Made by a program: the position numbers and the translations under genes. From positions 62,001 through 126,000 of the forward strand of contig CBFFRP010000348.1 of the NCBI GenBank assembly GCA_965644295.1: DNA of 64,000 bases. The letters are read 5' to 3'. This document shows, in pieces, positions 26,351-38,551 of this stretch. Below the pieces are notes generated by a model. That model ran no database searches, was not told the origin of the DNA, and saw only the letters and a list, made by a program, of their open reading frames with translations. The stretch's first letter is position 1, and the number at the start of each line of letters is the position of its first letter. The DNA comes from Paraphysomonas bandaiensis. Lineage: Eukaryota; Protista; Chrysophyceae.

Positions 26351-28873
26351 TCAATTGATATCTAGACATACCCATGCAATTGCACAAAAGTCCTGCATGT
26401 CGTAATTGCCAGTGTTAAGTCGTAGTTCAGAGCGAGCTATCGCCATATCCACTCCTGCTTTCGCAATCGCATTGAGAGAGCGACAGAAGGACTTGGTCTT
26501 TTCTTTTGTGGTGGGTGAGCATACGCATACTATCGAGAGCACACCTGAAAAGTAGTCTACCAGAGACCCATAAGACACAGTTCTCTGCTCCGGCTCCTGG
26601 TTATAGTTAGCCTCTCCCTCCACATCCGCCAAAACCATGAAGGCAACGGCTATTTTATCCTCAACGGGAGAGTCACAGAGAACTGTAAGTGCCGCCAAAA
26701 AGAGTGCGTAACTAACGGCCTCTTCCCCCTCCCCAGTAAAAACTGGGTCTGAGAGCATCGCAACGGAGTAGAAAATCTTGGCGCCCAGTTGCAAGGCTTG
26801 TTTATTCTGTGAATGCGAAGAGGGTGTAGCAGCGAGGTCACGCATATTTTCTACTACCTTTAGCCAAGCAGACAGGGTAATGAGACCGGCATGTGAACAC
26901 TCACCGAGCAAATCCATGACATCTTCGGCAGAAAACCCCTCAAACCCCAACGAGACCTTTACATGGCCCAGCTCGTCCGAAAGCAAATCCCCTACACCAG
27001 CATTTGCTGGACTCTCACCAGGTGTGTCGAATATGTCATCATCGTCATCCTCGTCCAGATCTACTTCAACTGCCACTGCGCTGTCCGTCGGGGCCTCTTC
27101 CTCGACTTCACTGTCCTCATCCTCCCCTGCGCCCACCACATGGGAACTATTTCTCCCCCCAGAACTCACATCCACAGCGGAGTCAATCCAGTTTGCAAAG
27201 TCGATCGCTGATACGAGTCCACTCCCCTGACAAGGTATAGCACCCCCAGCTAAAGCGTCGTCTAACATCCTTGAGGCCAGACGTTGCACGGACGCTTCGT
27301 CTAGATCATAAACAGAAAACAGCAACACAGACTTGAGAACACATACGAGGTAGTCCACCATTTCACCCTGAGAGACCTGAAGCTGCAGACACGTCTCGTT
27401 TCGATGAAGAATAGGACGTTGCTTAAGTGCACTGGAGGTAAACATGGCGGTAACACGGTCGATCCAGGTGCCACCGCAAAATGGCGAGAGTCCACAGAAA
27501 ATATCGTCCTTGTTAACGTATCCCGATCTCAGGGGGTCAAAGAGATTAAATATCTTAAGCAGTAGTGTCTCCGTGCGCAAGAGTCGTTGCATTCGTCTCA
27601 TCTTGATTGAGTCTTCTTGTGATCTACTCTCACAGTCCTGCATATCCGGTGGACACGAAAAGGGGTCTAGGTTATGCACTCGACTAGACACAACCACAGC
27701 ACAAAACACTCCCCGGAGGCTGATGAAACTCGGTTGTTGATACTCTGCATAGTTCGCCAAGCAGTCCTTTAGTGTAGCAGGAATTATACAGTCCATACCA
27801 AGCATTTCCCGGGCTTCTCCAACACTTTCTACAGTCAAGTTATCGGTGCGGCCGACTACAGAGACGCATCTTGGCTGAGCAGAAAATATGAGATGGTCCC
27901 GATCACTGGCGGAGTACCACGCGTAAAACTCTTCCAACGAAATACAGCCCTCTTCTGATTCACTTCCACGGGAAATTCCTCCTATACCCTTAAACTTAAA
28001 GACACTCCTGGTAAGAATAAGTGCGACATCATCCAGGTAATATGTCCCGGACGTGTCAAACACGTCTGCGAAGAGTTCAGAGAAGGTTGTTAAGAAATCG
28101 AGAAAGCAGCTGTAGACATCCTTCGTTGACACGGACCCATCCCTGTCATCATCAAAGAGAAAATACAAAATTTTCACATTCTCCGCCGGAGTTCCGCCGC
28201 AGAAGAGTCCTAAGAACCTGCAGATACGAAAGACATTTACTGACGATGAGCCAGACTTGGCCAGAGCATCGAATATCTGCTCAAAAGTTGAAGTTGAATC
28301 AACAGAAGCAATAGCGGAATTTGGCCTATCAGAATGTTGTGTGAGATACTTCATCGACGTAACAAAACGACTCCTCGAAATGTCGTTGGTTGAACCGGAG
28401 AAGTGACTCAATGCCTGAAGAATAATTCCGATCTTGTACAAATGAATCCCAGTCTGTGAGCGGATCTCGTCGATAATTATTTTGATGTATGCATCTATAA
28501 ACTCAAGAGGGATAGAGCTCGCACTCGGATAGGAAGGAAAGTCTTCATCCACATCACCTCTTCCAGTATTTGTCTCTTTGTCTGTGTGTGTGTCTGTGTG
28601 TGTCTGTGTATAAGTATCTGTGTGTGTATTGGGACCATCTGATGAGGTCACCACTGTATACACCCCACTGGTAAGAGCTGGTGTGAGTCGAGTCACCATT
28701 GAGAGAGGAAAAAACACCCCATCATCTTCTTTTTTTATCCCCACAATCTCTTGATTGATACTGAGATGAGAGCAGAGGAGGCGACTCACGTCTGCAGGAG
28801 TACACGCACGATCAATACACACACGACGAGGTGGTTCTCCTGGTCGCCTCACTGCAACAGATATAGTTGACAT
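26351..28873 (-). CDS. Multi-EF-hand calcium-binding protein (recoverin/calcineurin B-like repeats), intronless
   Basis: 840-aa ORF. EF loops FDDDRDGSVSTKD and FDPLRSGYVNKDD, with repeated L..FCGGT...K/R helices. Possible ubiquitin-like N-terminus. Confidence 0.8.
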   Translation of the reverse strand: MSTISVAVRRPGEPPRRVCIDRACTPADVSRLLCSHLSINQEIVGIKKEDDGVFFPLSMVTRLTPALTSGVYTVVTSSDGPNTHTDTYTQTHTDTHTDKETNTGRGDVDEDFPSYPSASSIPLEFIDAYIKIIIDEIRSQTGIHLYKIGIILQALSHFSGSTNDISRSRFVTSMKYLTQHSDRPNSAIASVDSTSTFEQIFDALAKSGSSSVNVFRICRFLGLFCGGTPAENVKILYFLFDDDRDGSVSTKDVYSCFLDFLTTFSELFADVFDTSGTYYLDDVALILTRSVFKFKGIGGISRGSESEEGCISLEEFYAWYSASDRDHLIFSAQPRCVSVVGRTDNLTVESVGEAREMLGMDCIIPATLKDCLANYAEYQQPSFISLRGVFCAVVVSSRVHNLDPFSCPPDMQDCESRSQEDSIKMRRMQRLLRTETLLLKIFNLFDPLRSGYVNKDDIFCGLSPFCGGTWIDRVTAMFTSSALKQRPILHRNETCLQLQVSQGEMVDYLVCVLKSVLLFSVYDLDEASVQRLASRMLDDALAGGAIPCQGSGLVSAIDFANWIDSAVDVSSGGRNSSHVVGAGEDEDSEVEEEAPTDSAVAVEVDLDEDDDDDIFDTPGESPANAGVGDLLSDELGHVKVSLGFEGFSAEDVMDLLGECSHAGLITLSAWLKVVENMRDLAATPSSHSQNKQALQLGAKIFYSVAMLSDPVFTGEGEEAVSYALFLAALTVLCDSPVEDKIAVAFMVLADVEGEANYNQEPEQRTVSYGSLVDYFSGVLSIVCVCSPTTKEKTKSFCRSLNAIAKAGVDMAIARSELRLNTGNYDMQDFCAIAWVCLDIN

Positions 28874-29411
28874 TCTCTCTGCTGCGGTTCTATTGTATCC
28901 TTGATTAGTAGGAGTGGGATATGGTGATGGCTGGGTGGGTTACTATGAGCTGGCTGGAGCTAGACAGGACTGTACCTACATATACATATGCTGAGATGTG
29001 TGCACTTGATACGATACATACAACTGGGAGAATACTGCTGTACAATAGGAATACTATAACATTCCAAGATCTGGATAGGCACCTGAACATTGAAATACTG
29101 AAATACTGCCTTTTTCCTATAAAAATCCCTAAAATATAGCGCACAAGAAGAAAATGAAGTTCTGTTAGTATCTGCTGCTGGTGGTGATAGAATCTGTGTC
29201 CCTATGTATATGCATAAGCATACAGCATACAGCAGTAGTATGTCTATAGGATAACATGCATCTGCATGTATGTCCATATATATATACATACCTCACCATC
29301 TGAGTGTTACTATCAGAGATATGATAACACCCTGATGCACTGATATCCTTTCATGATAACGAGGGTGTGGTCAGGTGTGTGTATATGGATAAGGGCCCTA
29401 TATTTATAGCA

Positions 29412-30904
29412 ATGGACACGTCAGTGTACGGCAGAGAGATGGCCATGTCTCTCTCCTCCCCCGACATACCATCCCTACAGACGATTAGCATTGAGACTGC
29501 ACTCTTATCATACAGCGATACATCTGATGATTATGTGATGAGTGTTCTTTCCTCTCTAATTGAGTTTAATTTCCCTCTGAGTGTGAGAGAGAGAGCGTTC
29601 TTATGCCTCGCTAGGAGAGGAATCATATCGAAATCTCATGTTGATTTACTGGCTGCACATTTGTTTCATATTGATCTTAGAAACACGGACTTGTCTAATG
29701 CCACAAATGATCTATTTGATGATATTTGGTCGTTGGGTAGAGCAATCGAATCTATTGACTTGAGCGGTGCAGATATTTCTGCTTGTATCTTCAGGATGTT
29801 TTTTAAAGCCCACGTGTGTCGACCATCTAGTCTAGATAGAGTTATTCGTTTGTGCTTTTCTAATTCCGATGGTTTAACAGATTACGTTGTCTCCATAATA
29901 TCGGAATCTTTTCCATGCCTTACTACACTTGAGCTATCAAACTGTAAGCTACTGACACCTGTGTCACTTTGCGCGATTGCGTCGGCTTCGTATAAGGAAT
30001 CGCTTACCAGGCTAGATGTGTCGCATAACGAAGCTTCCGCAACATCTCTTCTTCAACTTTCATCCTTACCTGTGTTGCAATGGCTGAATCTGTCATTTTT
30101 ATGTGGGGTTCACGAATTTTCTCTCCCCTTGCAGTCACGAAATCTGAAGTCCTTAGACCTCTCTGCATTACATGGCCTTGATGATCAAGCAATAGAAGAT
30201 ATGTTGCTTGGTACACATATACTTACCTTTCTCACCGAGCTGCGTCTGACTGAAAGTTCAGTGTCGTCTGCGTGCTTTCGAAACATCTTCTCGTCCAGCT
30301 GTTCCGAGGACGGAGGTGGAAGACTACCGCTAGAGTTGCTGGACATTAGTTGGTGTGAGAATATTGAAGCCACTGATATTTCTAAAGTTGTACGTCTGTG
30401 TCCTCTTCTTCGTTCTCTTCTACTCCGCTCATCTCGTGCTGACGCCGACACTGTACTCACTGTTGCCGCCAGTTGCCCTAGCCTTACAGAGCTTCAGGTC
30501 AGCCGCTGTGATGACATCTCGGATATATGTTTGCAGGAGCTGTGCACATTAAAGGGCCTGCAGTCACTTGACGTATCGTGGGCGTCTATTCAGAATCAGT
30601 CGACAGTCAGCTTTCTATGGAGTTGTCAGACATTGCGTGTACTATCCTTGCAGGGATGTAAGGGATTGGGCGTAGATGTTGTGGATGCCCTTATACAGGG
30701 CGCAGCGCCTCAGCTAAAATTCTTAGATTTGGGATGGGTTAATATGTTTTCGTCTACTCTGGCGGAGACCCTATCGGGAACTAGGAGAGACCTTATAGTC
30801 GTAGGTATGTCTGCTCGCAATGTCGTGGTTGATTCGCTCACATCGGTATAGATTATTATATGCAGGTGTATATAGGAGGAGTGATTGTTGCTGACAGAAT
30901 ATAA
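29412..30904 (+). CDS. Leucine-rich repeat protein (Cys-containing / AMN1-FBXL-type LRRs), one 3' intron
   Basis: Repeated LxxLxLSxC/W units (LTTLELSNC, LELLDISWC, LQSLDVSW, LRVLSLQGC). An intron ending at 30851 gives ...DLIVVDYYMQVYIGG...* with stop at 30902-30904. Confidence 0.85.
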
Positions 30905-31699
30905 TTTGAACAACTTTATGCTTCTTTTTTCTGTTTATAAAATGTATAAAGTTCAGTAGTGTTTATAGTATCAGGTACTTCGTTGTGATAAACCATCGCC
31001 TGTTGAACTTTTTCAGCCTCAATCTAGTTTTGAAGATCATCATTTCTTATTAAGTATATGCTTCCTCCTTGCCACAGTCGTATTGATTTCGAGAAGCCAG
31101 GTTATAGAGCGCACAAGAATTTTGTATACACCCAACAGTACCGATGGTTGTGATGAACAGCTGCAGTATCTTTATGGCTTTATTTTTTTTAATAATGCCA
31201 CTATCTTGCATTATTGTGTTAGAAATAGACATTTTTAGTAATAAGACCTTCGTTAACACTTATATGGAATATTATATAATTATGAGAGATACCATACTTC
31301 ATTCACTAACGTTCACCAACTCTTTCTATCTCTACTACACCAACCATTTCTAGTACGATCTTACATCGTCACTATCTTGTACAGTCAGTATATTTCAGTT
31401 TTATCACTACAATGGCTATCATATTATTGGTTCTCATACTACAGCTAGCTACTACTGTATTCTTTGAGTAACGGATATAATTCTAATATCTTGGAAACTA
31501 CAGCTTTTAATTGCTCACAAACAGCAAAACTCAACATATTGTTACCTAAAATTTGTAGATGATTTTGTCTCAATAGCTTTCAATTTTAATAGATTTATGA
31601 AATGAAAGACGTCGACAACCGAGAATACACACGAATATTGCGCAAGAATATGGTTATATATTTGCTAGATCTTGGATCGACACAGTTTTTAGCTATAGT

Positions 31700-32474
31700 G
31701 AGTGCCACATTCCGAAAGCGTACCCTAGAAAGGTGCTACTAGTGTTGATTAAGATAAGTAACATATATATTGTTAATAAAAATCTCAGGGTCTTCTTTGT
31801 GTGTCGGCACCAAGAAAGCTCTAGCTAGATCTATACTATACTTGCATAGCCTATATGAGATTACGAGAAATCCCGCGCACTCTATGGGGGGCAATGTCAT
31901 ACTAGACCTATACTGAGTCATGCATGGTCACGAGAAGCTCCGCGTAATCTTTGTTAGGTAATGGGATGGTACACATGGTCCTACTAGAATCTGCGCGAAT
32001 TACATATTTATAAACCATGCATAGTTATGAGAAATCCCGCGTAACCTTAGCAAAGGTGATCGGGTGGGGCGGCAACAGAATCTGCGCGTGACCGATGCGG
32101 TCAGCAACGTTGGTACACGGATAGCGAGTGGTAGAATCAGTGCTATATCTCGGTGTTAGGTTGCACCTTGGTGCTTGCGGCGACGCACAAGCAGCTTCTG
32201 TAGCGCTAACTAGTAGGATAATAGAATTTGTGCTGATTAGTTATGGGTAGAGGTCTAACTAGTATGTCTAGCATTCAACTAGCCACTATATTGGAACGAG
32301 TTCTTAACGCCTATTGCTAAATAAAAAGATACATCTCGGTGTTATAGGTGGTATACCAGTGAGCAGTGAGCCTGCACGATGGCCACGCCCTCGGAATGGC
32401 TTATCCCATGTCCAAGTCCATACCTCTCGGACTGTATGCGCAAACTGTATTTAGGTCTTATAGGACACACCAAC
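31700..32474 (+). mobile_element. Probable LTR of the adjacent Copia element (interrupted by a 171-bp insertion)
   Basis: Clearly homologous to 39455-39925. Contains internal AGAA(N)3-4CGCG repeats, ends in CAACA (32470-32474) and directly precedes the pol remnants. Exact ends are uncertain. Confidence 0.6.
32159..32329 (+). mobile_element. 5'-truncated retroposed fragment with A-rich tail and 15-bp target-site duplication
   Basis: Flanked by TATATCTCGGTGTTA (32144-32158) and TACATCTCGGTGTTA (32330-32344). The empty site is seen in the paralogous LTR at 39865-39879. The insert is homologous to 58395-58555 and ends AAATAAAAAGA. Confidence 0.75.
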
Positions 32475-32489
32475 AGCACGTGTCAACTA

Positions 32490-34035
32490 AATATGGATAA
32501 GTTCAAAAGGCAAGGAAAGACAAAAAGGAAAATGCTACGAAGAGCGTGTAGCAGCCAGGATCAAAGGATTATACTGGTTGTCATATCTGTTGAGAGCTTC
32601 GTAGTGACAAAGCCCGACAATACAAGTTGAAAAAACGGAGGATATTGAGAAACCTCGAAAATCAAACAGGAAATTCGAGACAGAATGGATGAGAAATGCT
32701 AACGATGGAGAGTCACCTGATGATAAGGTGGAAACGTTTGGAGAAGAGGTTTTGCTATCTTCTGAAGTACCTAGTGTATATCTGGACAGTTGTGCAAGTA
32801 TAAGGCTGTTTATAGTAAAAGATACGATGGCACCGGAGTCGTTTACTTCAGAGTTTGGGGCAATCCAATTGACTAGGAAGGGTTCCCAATTGGAGATACA
32901 GGGAACTGGTACATTCAAGGAATGGAAAGATATCAGCGTTGGTGAAGAGGCGACGAACATTGTGTCAGGAGAATGTTGCGATCAACGGGCTACGAATTAC
33001 AACTGCTCAGAAAACCTAAAATTGTGGATATGGACTCCGGAAATGAGGTATTGACTGGAGAGAACGACGAGCATGAAGGAATGACGAACGTGGATTTGGC
33101 GGAGGTGTTAAATCTGCCAGATATGTCTATGTGCAATCAGATGGAGTAGGTAAATTTGTCGGATAACACAGGACAAGATGCGTTGGATCTCTTACATGGG
33201 CGTACTGGACATGTTTCAAAAAATCGACGTTAATAGAAGCTCACCGACGCATGTTATTCAAGGATCAGGACTGCAACGACAGCATCTTTCGAAGGCGAAG
33301 GAGAAGATTTGCAAGAAACCTCGGTGTAAATGGTGTGCCAAGGCGAAGATAACCAGACATTCGTTTAAATCACGGGATGATAAGGTGATAAGCACACAGT
33401 CAGGTTTCTGTAAAGGGTGACAGCTGACATCTCAGTGTATTTTAAATGTAAATAATCAAGACATGGATATAAATGTACTTCTATTTACGGACTTGGCAAC
33501 AAAGATGATATGGGAGTATGGATTAAAGACTGGAAGTGGAGATGAAGTTTTCAAATGCTTCGACACTTATGTCAGGTTCAGTTAGTGAAGTACGAGGGGT
33601 GGGACCGTATTGTAGAGTATCATGCCGATGGAGGATCTGAACTTATTAGTCAGCAGATAAGAGAGTATCTGTTGCAGCGATATAGGACTCGGGTGTCACG
33701 CGAGACACGCCAGAGCTCAATGCAGTATCTGAGAGGAAGTTTCGGACCGTTGGGGAGATGACATTGACTATGTTGACGGCATCCGGACTTCGAAGTGCAT
33801 GTTTCATTGTTCGACGTATGCCAACTCGGACGTGGAAAGGATGAATGTCGCCACGTGAGTGTGTCCCAGGGGTAGCGTTCCTAGCTTATCGTGGCTAAGA
33901 AAAATGTATATGTTCTAACGCCTAAGGCTTGGGATTGGGAGGAAAAAGAAGGATCGGGGGGATAAGGTGATGACAGGCTACTTCATAGGGTATCCAGCTG
34001 ATCGAAAAGGATACAAGGTGCTAGTGGGGGATACC
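32490..34035 (+). pseudogene. Degenerate Ty1/Copia gag-pol (protease - GAG-pre-integrase - integrase), truncated
   Basis: Protease YLDSCAS (about 32778), LLHGRTGH and CKWC zinc finger, integrase YHADGGSELIS and TPELNAVSERKFRT, then GYFIGYPADRKGYKV. The PR-INT order indicates Copia. Many stops and frameshifts. Confidence 0.88.
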
Positions 34036-34039
34036 ATAG

Positions 34040-34770
34040 ATGAAAAGCAGGAATTATAGGAGGACATAATTACAGCGTTGCTGGAGAGCTGTTGGCGAAA
34101 GATATGATCCGACCTGTACTACAGCGACAGTGAAGCATAACGATAAAATAATGGTTTGGGGATGTTTCTGTTCTCATGGCGTAGGAGATTTGTACCGTGT
34201 GGAGGGAATTTTAAGGAAGGAACAGTACCTATACATCGTTGAAAACCATTTCTATACCAGTGCAGAGCGACTATACCCTGATTTCGATTGTATTTTCCAA
34301 GAAGATAACGATCCGAAACACACCGCGAGAATTGTACGGCAATGGTATGATGACCAAGATCTTATCCGTATGGATTGGCCCGCTCAATCTCCTGATTTGA
34401 ACCCGATAGAGAATCTTTGGGCAATCCTAGATCATCGCATGAAAGATCAATCTTCCAACGACCTAAACGAGCTTTTTCAGCTGCTACTGAAGACATGGAA
34501 TGAACTCCCAGTTAGCTTATTATAGCATGCCTAGAAGATGCCAAGATGTGATAGATGCGAAAGGATATGCCACTAAGTATTTAGTAGGGGTTTTTATAAG
34601 AATCCTAAAAATCAAGGTTTTGACACATTAATTAAGAAAATTTTCACCAATTTTTAAGCTGAATAGCTCATTAGAAAGCCCTAAAAAAACTACACATTTC
34701 CTATTATTAGAGTAATATCCAGTTTTTACATTTGCTTGAGTGAAATTCTCATACTTTTACACTGCAGTCA
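34040..34770 (+). mobile_element. Tc1/mariner (DD34E) transposase 3' fragment
   Basis: TVKHNDKIMVWGCF, FQEDNDPKHTA and WPAQSPDLNPIENLW. The 5' part is missing and the frame is broken after 34525. Confidence 0.92.
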
Positions 34771-36034
34771 GCATCTTATTTTTCGGAAATAAATTGAAGC
34801 AAAATTACACTATATTACTGCAATAAAACTACGGCTGGAATACAGATAATTGTTATCTCAATATTAGAGGCATCTTGGAACAAAAATATACCAAGGATGC
34901 TTATACGAACAAAGGTAACGGGGGTATTCTGTCCGTATACGATCTGTAGCATCCGTAAAAGAATAGTCCGAGCACAGTACCGTATTTCACAAAAACAAGA
35001 ACAGGAGTTGAGAAGAGACTGAAGATGATGATATGCTGACACATACCAACGCTCCATAACCAGTGAGAGATAGATGCTGATGCTTGGCACACTAGTCACG
35101 TTCATGATGACAGATGTTTCCGGGAAGTCACGGCTCCAACCATGATGAAAACAAGAGCCCGCTTCACTCCGCAGGAATATGAAGACCACACAGAGAGCAC
35201 CAATGGCCTCCCAACAAGATGAACAAATCCTCAGGTGATACAATGTGGACATATACCATGTATACGTCATATTCATGTCTTGTATACATACAGATCGTGC
35301 TTGTGACTAGACTTGAATCTTATACAAGCATGTGTACTATATGCTATATTGTATGCAAGGTAATAAGAGTGTAGTGATGGGTATAGATGGTGATGTACAT
35401 ACATATATAGGAGGTATAAGGTATGAATGTACACATATTTGCCTTATTGATATCTAATTCTTTCTATCTGCAGCTAGAGAAGAATCAGTACCAACGCAGC
35501 ATACAGTGTTATATGTGTGTAATAATATGTCCTGTGTGTGGTGTGGGTGGTATAGGTGACACATGCATAGCACCAATGCAGTATGAATACCATGATGACA
35601 AGCAGTGCAATGACATAGTGTGGTGTACATACAAGCCTATATGTAATAATAATATACACAATATATATCACTAGCGAGAGGTCTCACTTTTCCTGATGTA
35701 GCCCGTATATAAGTGTAACTTGCTCCCAACCATAACCAGCAATCACATAATAGTCACCCGAAAGTAGACAGCCAGATCTTTATCATAGGAATAATAGTTT
35801 AACGCCACAGCGTTACACAGAGAATGTGAAAATTTAGAGCTCTACTGAGGTGAAGAGATGAAAGAAGACTCAGGTTTAGATTTACAGATCAGTCTATTTT
35901 ACTGTCAAGAATTTTTCTCAGTCGTACAATAGCTAGGAGGCATCATGGTACAACACTGAATTGAGTGGGAGTGTTGAGATCTGATGATTCTATATGCTTG
36001 CAATTGAGTGCAGTATTAGTATAAATAAAAGTGG

Positions 36035-36093
36035 TTTACTGGAGCGGGAATCCAACCCGCGCATGGACAGCCATACTTACCACTGGCACAGAA
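36035..36093 (-). ncRNA. tRNA-like (tRNA-Asp-derived?) Pol III element or tRNA pseudogene
   Basis: Minus strand reads ...CCAGTGGTAAGTAT-GG-CTGTC-CATG-C-GCGGG-TTGGATT-CCCGC..., followed by TTTTATTT. It has A-box-like and B-box-like motifs and a perfect T-stem, but shortened anticodon and acceptor arms. Confidence 0.45.
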
Positions 36094-36250
36094 TGGGCTC
36101 CATTGTCGAGCGAATACAAGTAGGACTCAGGACATAGACGGCACTTGATATATTATATATTATATATAAAGCAATGCAAACACGCCACCAAAACCTAAGC
36201 TGGCTTTGGCGGGTCATGCCTGTAAACTGAAAACTAAAAACCAGTAGCAA

Positions 36251-36592
36251 TTTTCAGCGCCACGCATTAAGGAAAATCCTATCATGTTTTGTTGTACAGA
36301 ACCTTAATCTTAACATCAACAGTCTCGTATATTTAGAATATCTCAAGGAGTGGTTTACAGCTATCGCCAAGTTACCCTGGTGGATATATGTAGATATGTC
36401 TGATTCTTCATTCAAGACTAATAATAATTTGTAATAATAAGGCGCTATGACTGTATTGTGTATTGTTGCATGTCTGGTTGTCATGTGCATATGGACGCTA
36501 AATGAAGTGGTAACAGCCATACCAAATTTACTGCAGTAATAATTCATATAAGTCAGTCTTTCATTAATTATTTCCTCAAAGACTCTATTTTT
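36251..36592 (+). repeat. Local segmental duplication, copy A (copy B at 38552-38915)
   Basis: Near-identical about 340-360 bp from TTTTCAGCGCCACGCATTAAGG to AAAGACTCTATTTTT. Both copies give the paralogous shadow ORFs ending FLNAWR. Confidence 0.9.
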
Positions 36593-36708
36593 CAATAACT
36601 ACAATTTGAAATAATTGCAATTGGCGGATGCAATCGAAATCGACTAATTGATTCACCATACAAGTGTGTATCCGTTCATCTATCCAATGTTCAAATGAAA
36701 TTAGCATG

Positions 36709-37239
36709 CTAAATCTTGCTGTCGGAGTATGTGGATTGCATGAGTTTATCCTTCTTTGATCGGATTACACCATATACAATCCCAGCAGCCAGCAGCACCA
36801 ATGGCACTCCCAACACGACAATGAGGACAATGCCGAGACTGTTGATATCCCACTGGGAGGTGTCATCATCATTGCTAGATCCCGATGACACGACAGGGTT
36901 CTTGCACACGACTTCCAGAGCTCCGTCAATGCATATGAAAGTTGCTTCAGACATACAGCACGCTGTCATGCCCGTAACACTTCCGCACGACTCTGTCATG
37001 GTGTATGTGTATTCCTCCTGACACTCATAGTATATATCATCAATGACCAATGGTGTGCAGTACCACTGAAAGGTATCATTCGTACATGTCACTCCACCCC
37101 ATCCATCACAGCATCCGACAAACTGTATGTCATGTGACGATCCACAGTAGCCTTCATAACCAGATGTCTCCGAGCAAGTGTTGTCAAAGCTATCCCCCAG
37201 AGTTACAGCTGTAGAAACTGCAGACTTAATGACGTTCAT
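36709..37239 (-). CDS. Small Cys-rich single-pass membrane protein with two internal Cys repeats
   Basis: 176-aa ORF with two C..C..CC.x7.C.x8.C units, a hydrophobic TM segment LGIVLIVVLGVPLVLLAAGIVYGVI and a basic stop-transfer RSKKDK. Confidence 0.7.
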   Translation of the reverse strand: MNVIKSAVSTAVTLGDSFDNTCSETSGYEGYCGSSHDIQFVGCCDGWGGVTCTNDTFQWYCTPLVIDDIYYECQEEYTYTMTESCGSVTGMTACCMSEATFICIDGALEVVCKNPVVSSGSSNDDDTSQWDINSLGIVLIVVLGVPLVLLAAGIVYGVIRSKKDKLMQSTYSDSKI

Positions 37240-37439
37240 CTCAGTGGTGTAAATGTGAGTAGCTTTAATGTAAGAGGGGTGTTATATTACCATACATATT
37301 GCGCTGCAGCGCAGTGGTGTCCCAGAAGAATGTCCTGCTGTGCACATATATGTATGGTCGGTATGGTAAAGGTCACTAATAGGACAAAACGAGGACAAAA
37401 TCCAGCAAAATTCCAACAATTGTTTTTGTCAGTTGCCAA

Positions 37440-37623
37440 CAGAGCTGGAATTCTGTCTGTTGGAATAAGTCGACCGAGCGGAATATGGCGATCCAGAAAA
37501 ACAATCCAGGCTTTTTTGATGCATGTTGTTTTTTGACGAATATATTTCAGAGAAATAACGAAAAAAGGTCGATTTTTTTGCTGGATCGACTTATTCCCAC
37601 AGACGGAATTCTTCCATTCTCTG
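37440..37623. mobile_element. MITE-like element with about 26-bp terminal inverted repeats
   Basis: GAATTCTGTCTGTTGGAATAAGTCGA (37448-37473) vs TCGACTTATTCCCACAGACGGAATTC (37586-37611), 24/26 match. Outer CAGAG...CTCTG. No clear TSD. Confidence 0.7.
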
Positions 37624-38551
37624 CTCGCTTGCTCTCACTGATGTGAAGCAAAGCATAAAGCATTGACACAAGTCACAAGTGACTGTATAAAGCTGATAGC
37701 ATGATATTTTCGCATGGGTGCATTGTCCCGAAAGTTGTCAGTGCATAAGAAGTAGAGGACATCCTTGATCAAACAGCTCTTGAAGTAATCTGGAGTGCCT
37801 AGCGAGGATAGTATATTGCAAGAAGAAATGTGTACGAACGGATTGACTACGATAGCACGCCATGGGGACTCCTGCTGAGGGGTTCAAGGATAAGAGACCC
37901 CACAACTCATGAAGGTATGACTCTTGGTATTGTATTATATACCATGTCACACTGCATCAGGCAAATAATTCAGCACGCGTTTTTGAATTCCGTATCAAAT
38001 GTTTAAAGGACGAGGCTTCTTATTGCCTTAATTAGCATCATCATTACATTTATATAAACATGCTTAACCTCTGCGAGTGCACCTGATTTGAATGATGTAT
38101 GTATGATATGAGACACACGACACAATATCCTGATAAGCACAATGTGACTCAAACCCTGAAAGAGTTGGGTGCTACTGCCCTTAACTACCTATACAGCATC
38201 AGATATGACACTTAAACTCTCCTGTATAATTCTTGAAGTTGTTTCGAAGTCCTGGTTATGAAGATAGATCGCTTGCACTGACATCATTATGATCTTCCAC
38301 ATCAGACGAAGGGTGGAAGATGACTTAGAGTGCTTGATGATCTCCTTTTGATAGCTGACTCGTCATTGTGGTTTCTCTATAATTGTGTAATATAATGAAA
38401 TCACATACATATGACTGTCAATATCATAATTAATTATTAAGATAAAAGTGAGTATTGTATTATATACCATGTCACACTGCATCAGGCAAATAATTCAGAA
38501 CGCGTTTTCGAAGTATAGCCCCGTCTGTACACAAATAATGTCAACTGGCAC

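Noticed and set aside
31860-32095. Repeat-spacer pattern as a CRISPR-like array
   Set aside because: The motifs are only 12-13 nt, degenerate and irregularly spaced, and lie in a probable LTR.
34815-35276. 153-aa minus-strand ORF with hydrophobic alternative frames
   Set aside because: No family motif. It may be a decayed membrane-protein gene but cannot be supported.
37830-37920. Peptide RIDYDSTPWGLLLRGSRIRDPTTHEG reminiscent of a PIF/Harbinger transposase N-terminus
   Set aside because: Too short, with no catalytic region following. It needs a database search.
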